Source: Clostridiales bacterium (GTDB lineage: Bacteria; Bacillota; Clostridia; Christensenellales; Christensenellaceae). Taken from it: DNA of 64,000 nt. Below are positions 63,203-64,000 of this stretch, one piece after another; positions within the stretch are counted from its first letter, which is position 1; the number at the start of each line of letters is the position of its first letter. The notes under the pieces were generated by a model, which saw only the letters and a list, made by a program, of their open reading frames with translations, searched no databases and was not told the origin of the DNA. The translations under genes and the position numbers were made by a program. Location of the stretch: positions 10,866 to 74,865 of the forward strand of contig SVGZ01000007.1 of assembly GCA_015056045.1 (NCBI GenBank). The letters run 5' to 3'.

Positions 63203-64000
63203 ATGAAATTTGCGGATGTCGTGCTCGATATTGCCAACTCGAGCGTAGATAAAACATTTGAATATATCGATGAACTTGGCGTTTTGCCGGGTATGCGCGT
63301 CCGTGTTCCTTTCGGGGAAAAGCTGCAGCAGGGTTTCGTTGTCAAAGTCAAAGACGAAAACAGCTTTGACAGGGAAAAATTGAAAAGTATTGCCGCCATT
63401 ATTGACGATGAGCCTGTTTTGACGGAAGAACAGATCCGCCTTGCGTATTATATCGAGGCACAGTACCATACAACACTGACCTTTGCTCTGCGTTTTATGA
63501 TCCCTTCCGAGCTGCGAAGAGGTGCTGTTAAAGCAAAAAGCAGAAAAATGGTCCGTTTAAAAGTGCTTTCCAATGCAGAGCGTCTGCTTCTTCGGGAAAG
63601 CTGCTTATCGAAAGACGGGAAAATCAAATACAAAGCCCGTGCAAAAGCGATCGAAGAGCTTGAAAAAGCAGATCTTCCTTATGGCGATGTTCCGAAATCT
63701 GTTCTGGATTTTCTTTTTAAAAATGATGCGGCGGAAGTTTATGAAGAAGAGCTTTACCGCAACCCGATGAAGTTCCCGACAGCGGAGAAATCCGAAAGGT
63801 TTTCCTTGACAGAAGATCAGGAAAAAGCGGTTGTCAAGATCAACACTTCGCTTGAAGAAGGAAAAAAGAAAACGATCCTTCTGCATGGCGTAACCGGCAG
63901 CGGAAAAACGGAAGTCTATCTTCGTGCAGCGGAAAAAACGCTTTCGCTTGGGAAAACCGTCATCATGCTTGTTCCCGAAATCTCGCTCACACCGCAGCTT
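63203..64000 (+). CDS. priA: Primosomal protein N' (PriA helicase), 5' partial, continues beyond the window
   Basis: My own translation gives MKFADVVLDIANSSVDKTFEY...LTEDQEKAV...LLHGVTGSGKTEVYL...VPEISLTPQL. Open to the window end. ACAGGAG SD. Confidence 0.9.
   Translation, partial: MKFADVVLDIANSSVDKTFEYIDELGVLPGMRVRVPFGEKLQQGFVVKVKDENSFDREKLKSIAAIIDDEPVLTEEQIRLAYYIEAQYHTTLTFALRFMIPSELRRGAVKAKSRKMVRLKVLSNAERLLLRESCLSKDGKIKYKARAKAIEELEKADLPYGDVPKSVLDFLFKNDAAEVYEEELYRNPMKFPTAEKSERFSLTEDQEKAVVKINTSLEEGKKKTILLHGVTGSGKTEVYLRAAEKTLSLGKTVIMLVPEISLTPQL

Noticed and set aside
1-64000. Search for CRISPR arrays, rRNA/tRNA genes, IS elements, integrases, prophage or defence-system genes
   Set aside because: I saw no regularly spaced repeats, no tRNA-like GTTCGAATC T-arm motif in intergenic DNA, and no transposase, recombinase or phage-like ORF. 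The window looks like core chromosome. tRNAscan/Infernal and a defence-system HMM scan would be needed for a formal negative.

Overview
Gene-dense chromosomal segment of about 45% GC. From gene content and organisation it looks like a spore-forming Firmicute of the class Clostridia (inference): ctsR-mcsA-mcsB-clpC, rapZ-whiA-crh, nadD-yqeK-rsfS, a CotF-like coat protein, and strong AGGAGG-type ribosome binding sites. The content is mostly housekeeping. It includes cell-envelope and glycolysis genes (murB, pfkA, fba, a phosphohexomutase) and the class III heat-shock operon with a recognisable CtsR operator. There is an 8-kb operon encoding the whole shikimate pathway plus the Phe and Tyr branches (aroF-tyrA-aroB-aroA-aroC-pheA-aroE/K-aroQ). 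Also present are metF and a short-form metH, mscL, an MsbA-like ABC exporter, an ABC-2 efflux module with a zinc-ribbon membrane protein, a polyprenol-kinase/DUF92 pair, mtnN, an EF-G2-type paralogue, ftsQ/divIB and the 5' part of priA. I saw no rRNA, tRNA, CRISPR array, transposase, integrase or phage genes. The most interesting signal is outside the supplied ORF track. A 28-codon ORF (22592..22678, GTG start, strong SD) has 8 Tyr/Phe codons among 11 consecutive codons. It is followed by a strong intrinsic terminator immediately upstream of the aromatic operon. This looks like a ribosome-mediated leader-peptide attenuator where Firmicutes normally use T-boxes. Secondary observations: a HIT protein whose nucleophilic His is Arg; a Crh-like HPr lacking His15 in a rapZ-whiA cluster without yvcK; a terminator hairpin that contains the next gene's SD; a catalytic SDR paired with a degenerate SDR; an orphan sensory-rhodopsin-transducer homologue; a membrane-anchored trigger-factor-like PPIase; and an AT-rich ORF wedged between metF and metH. 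All family assignments come from motif recognition by eye, not from database searches.
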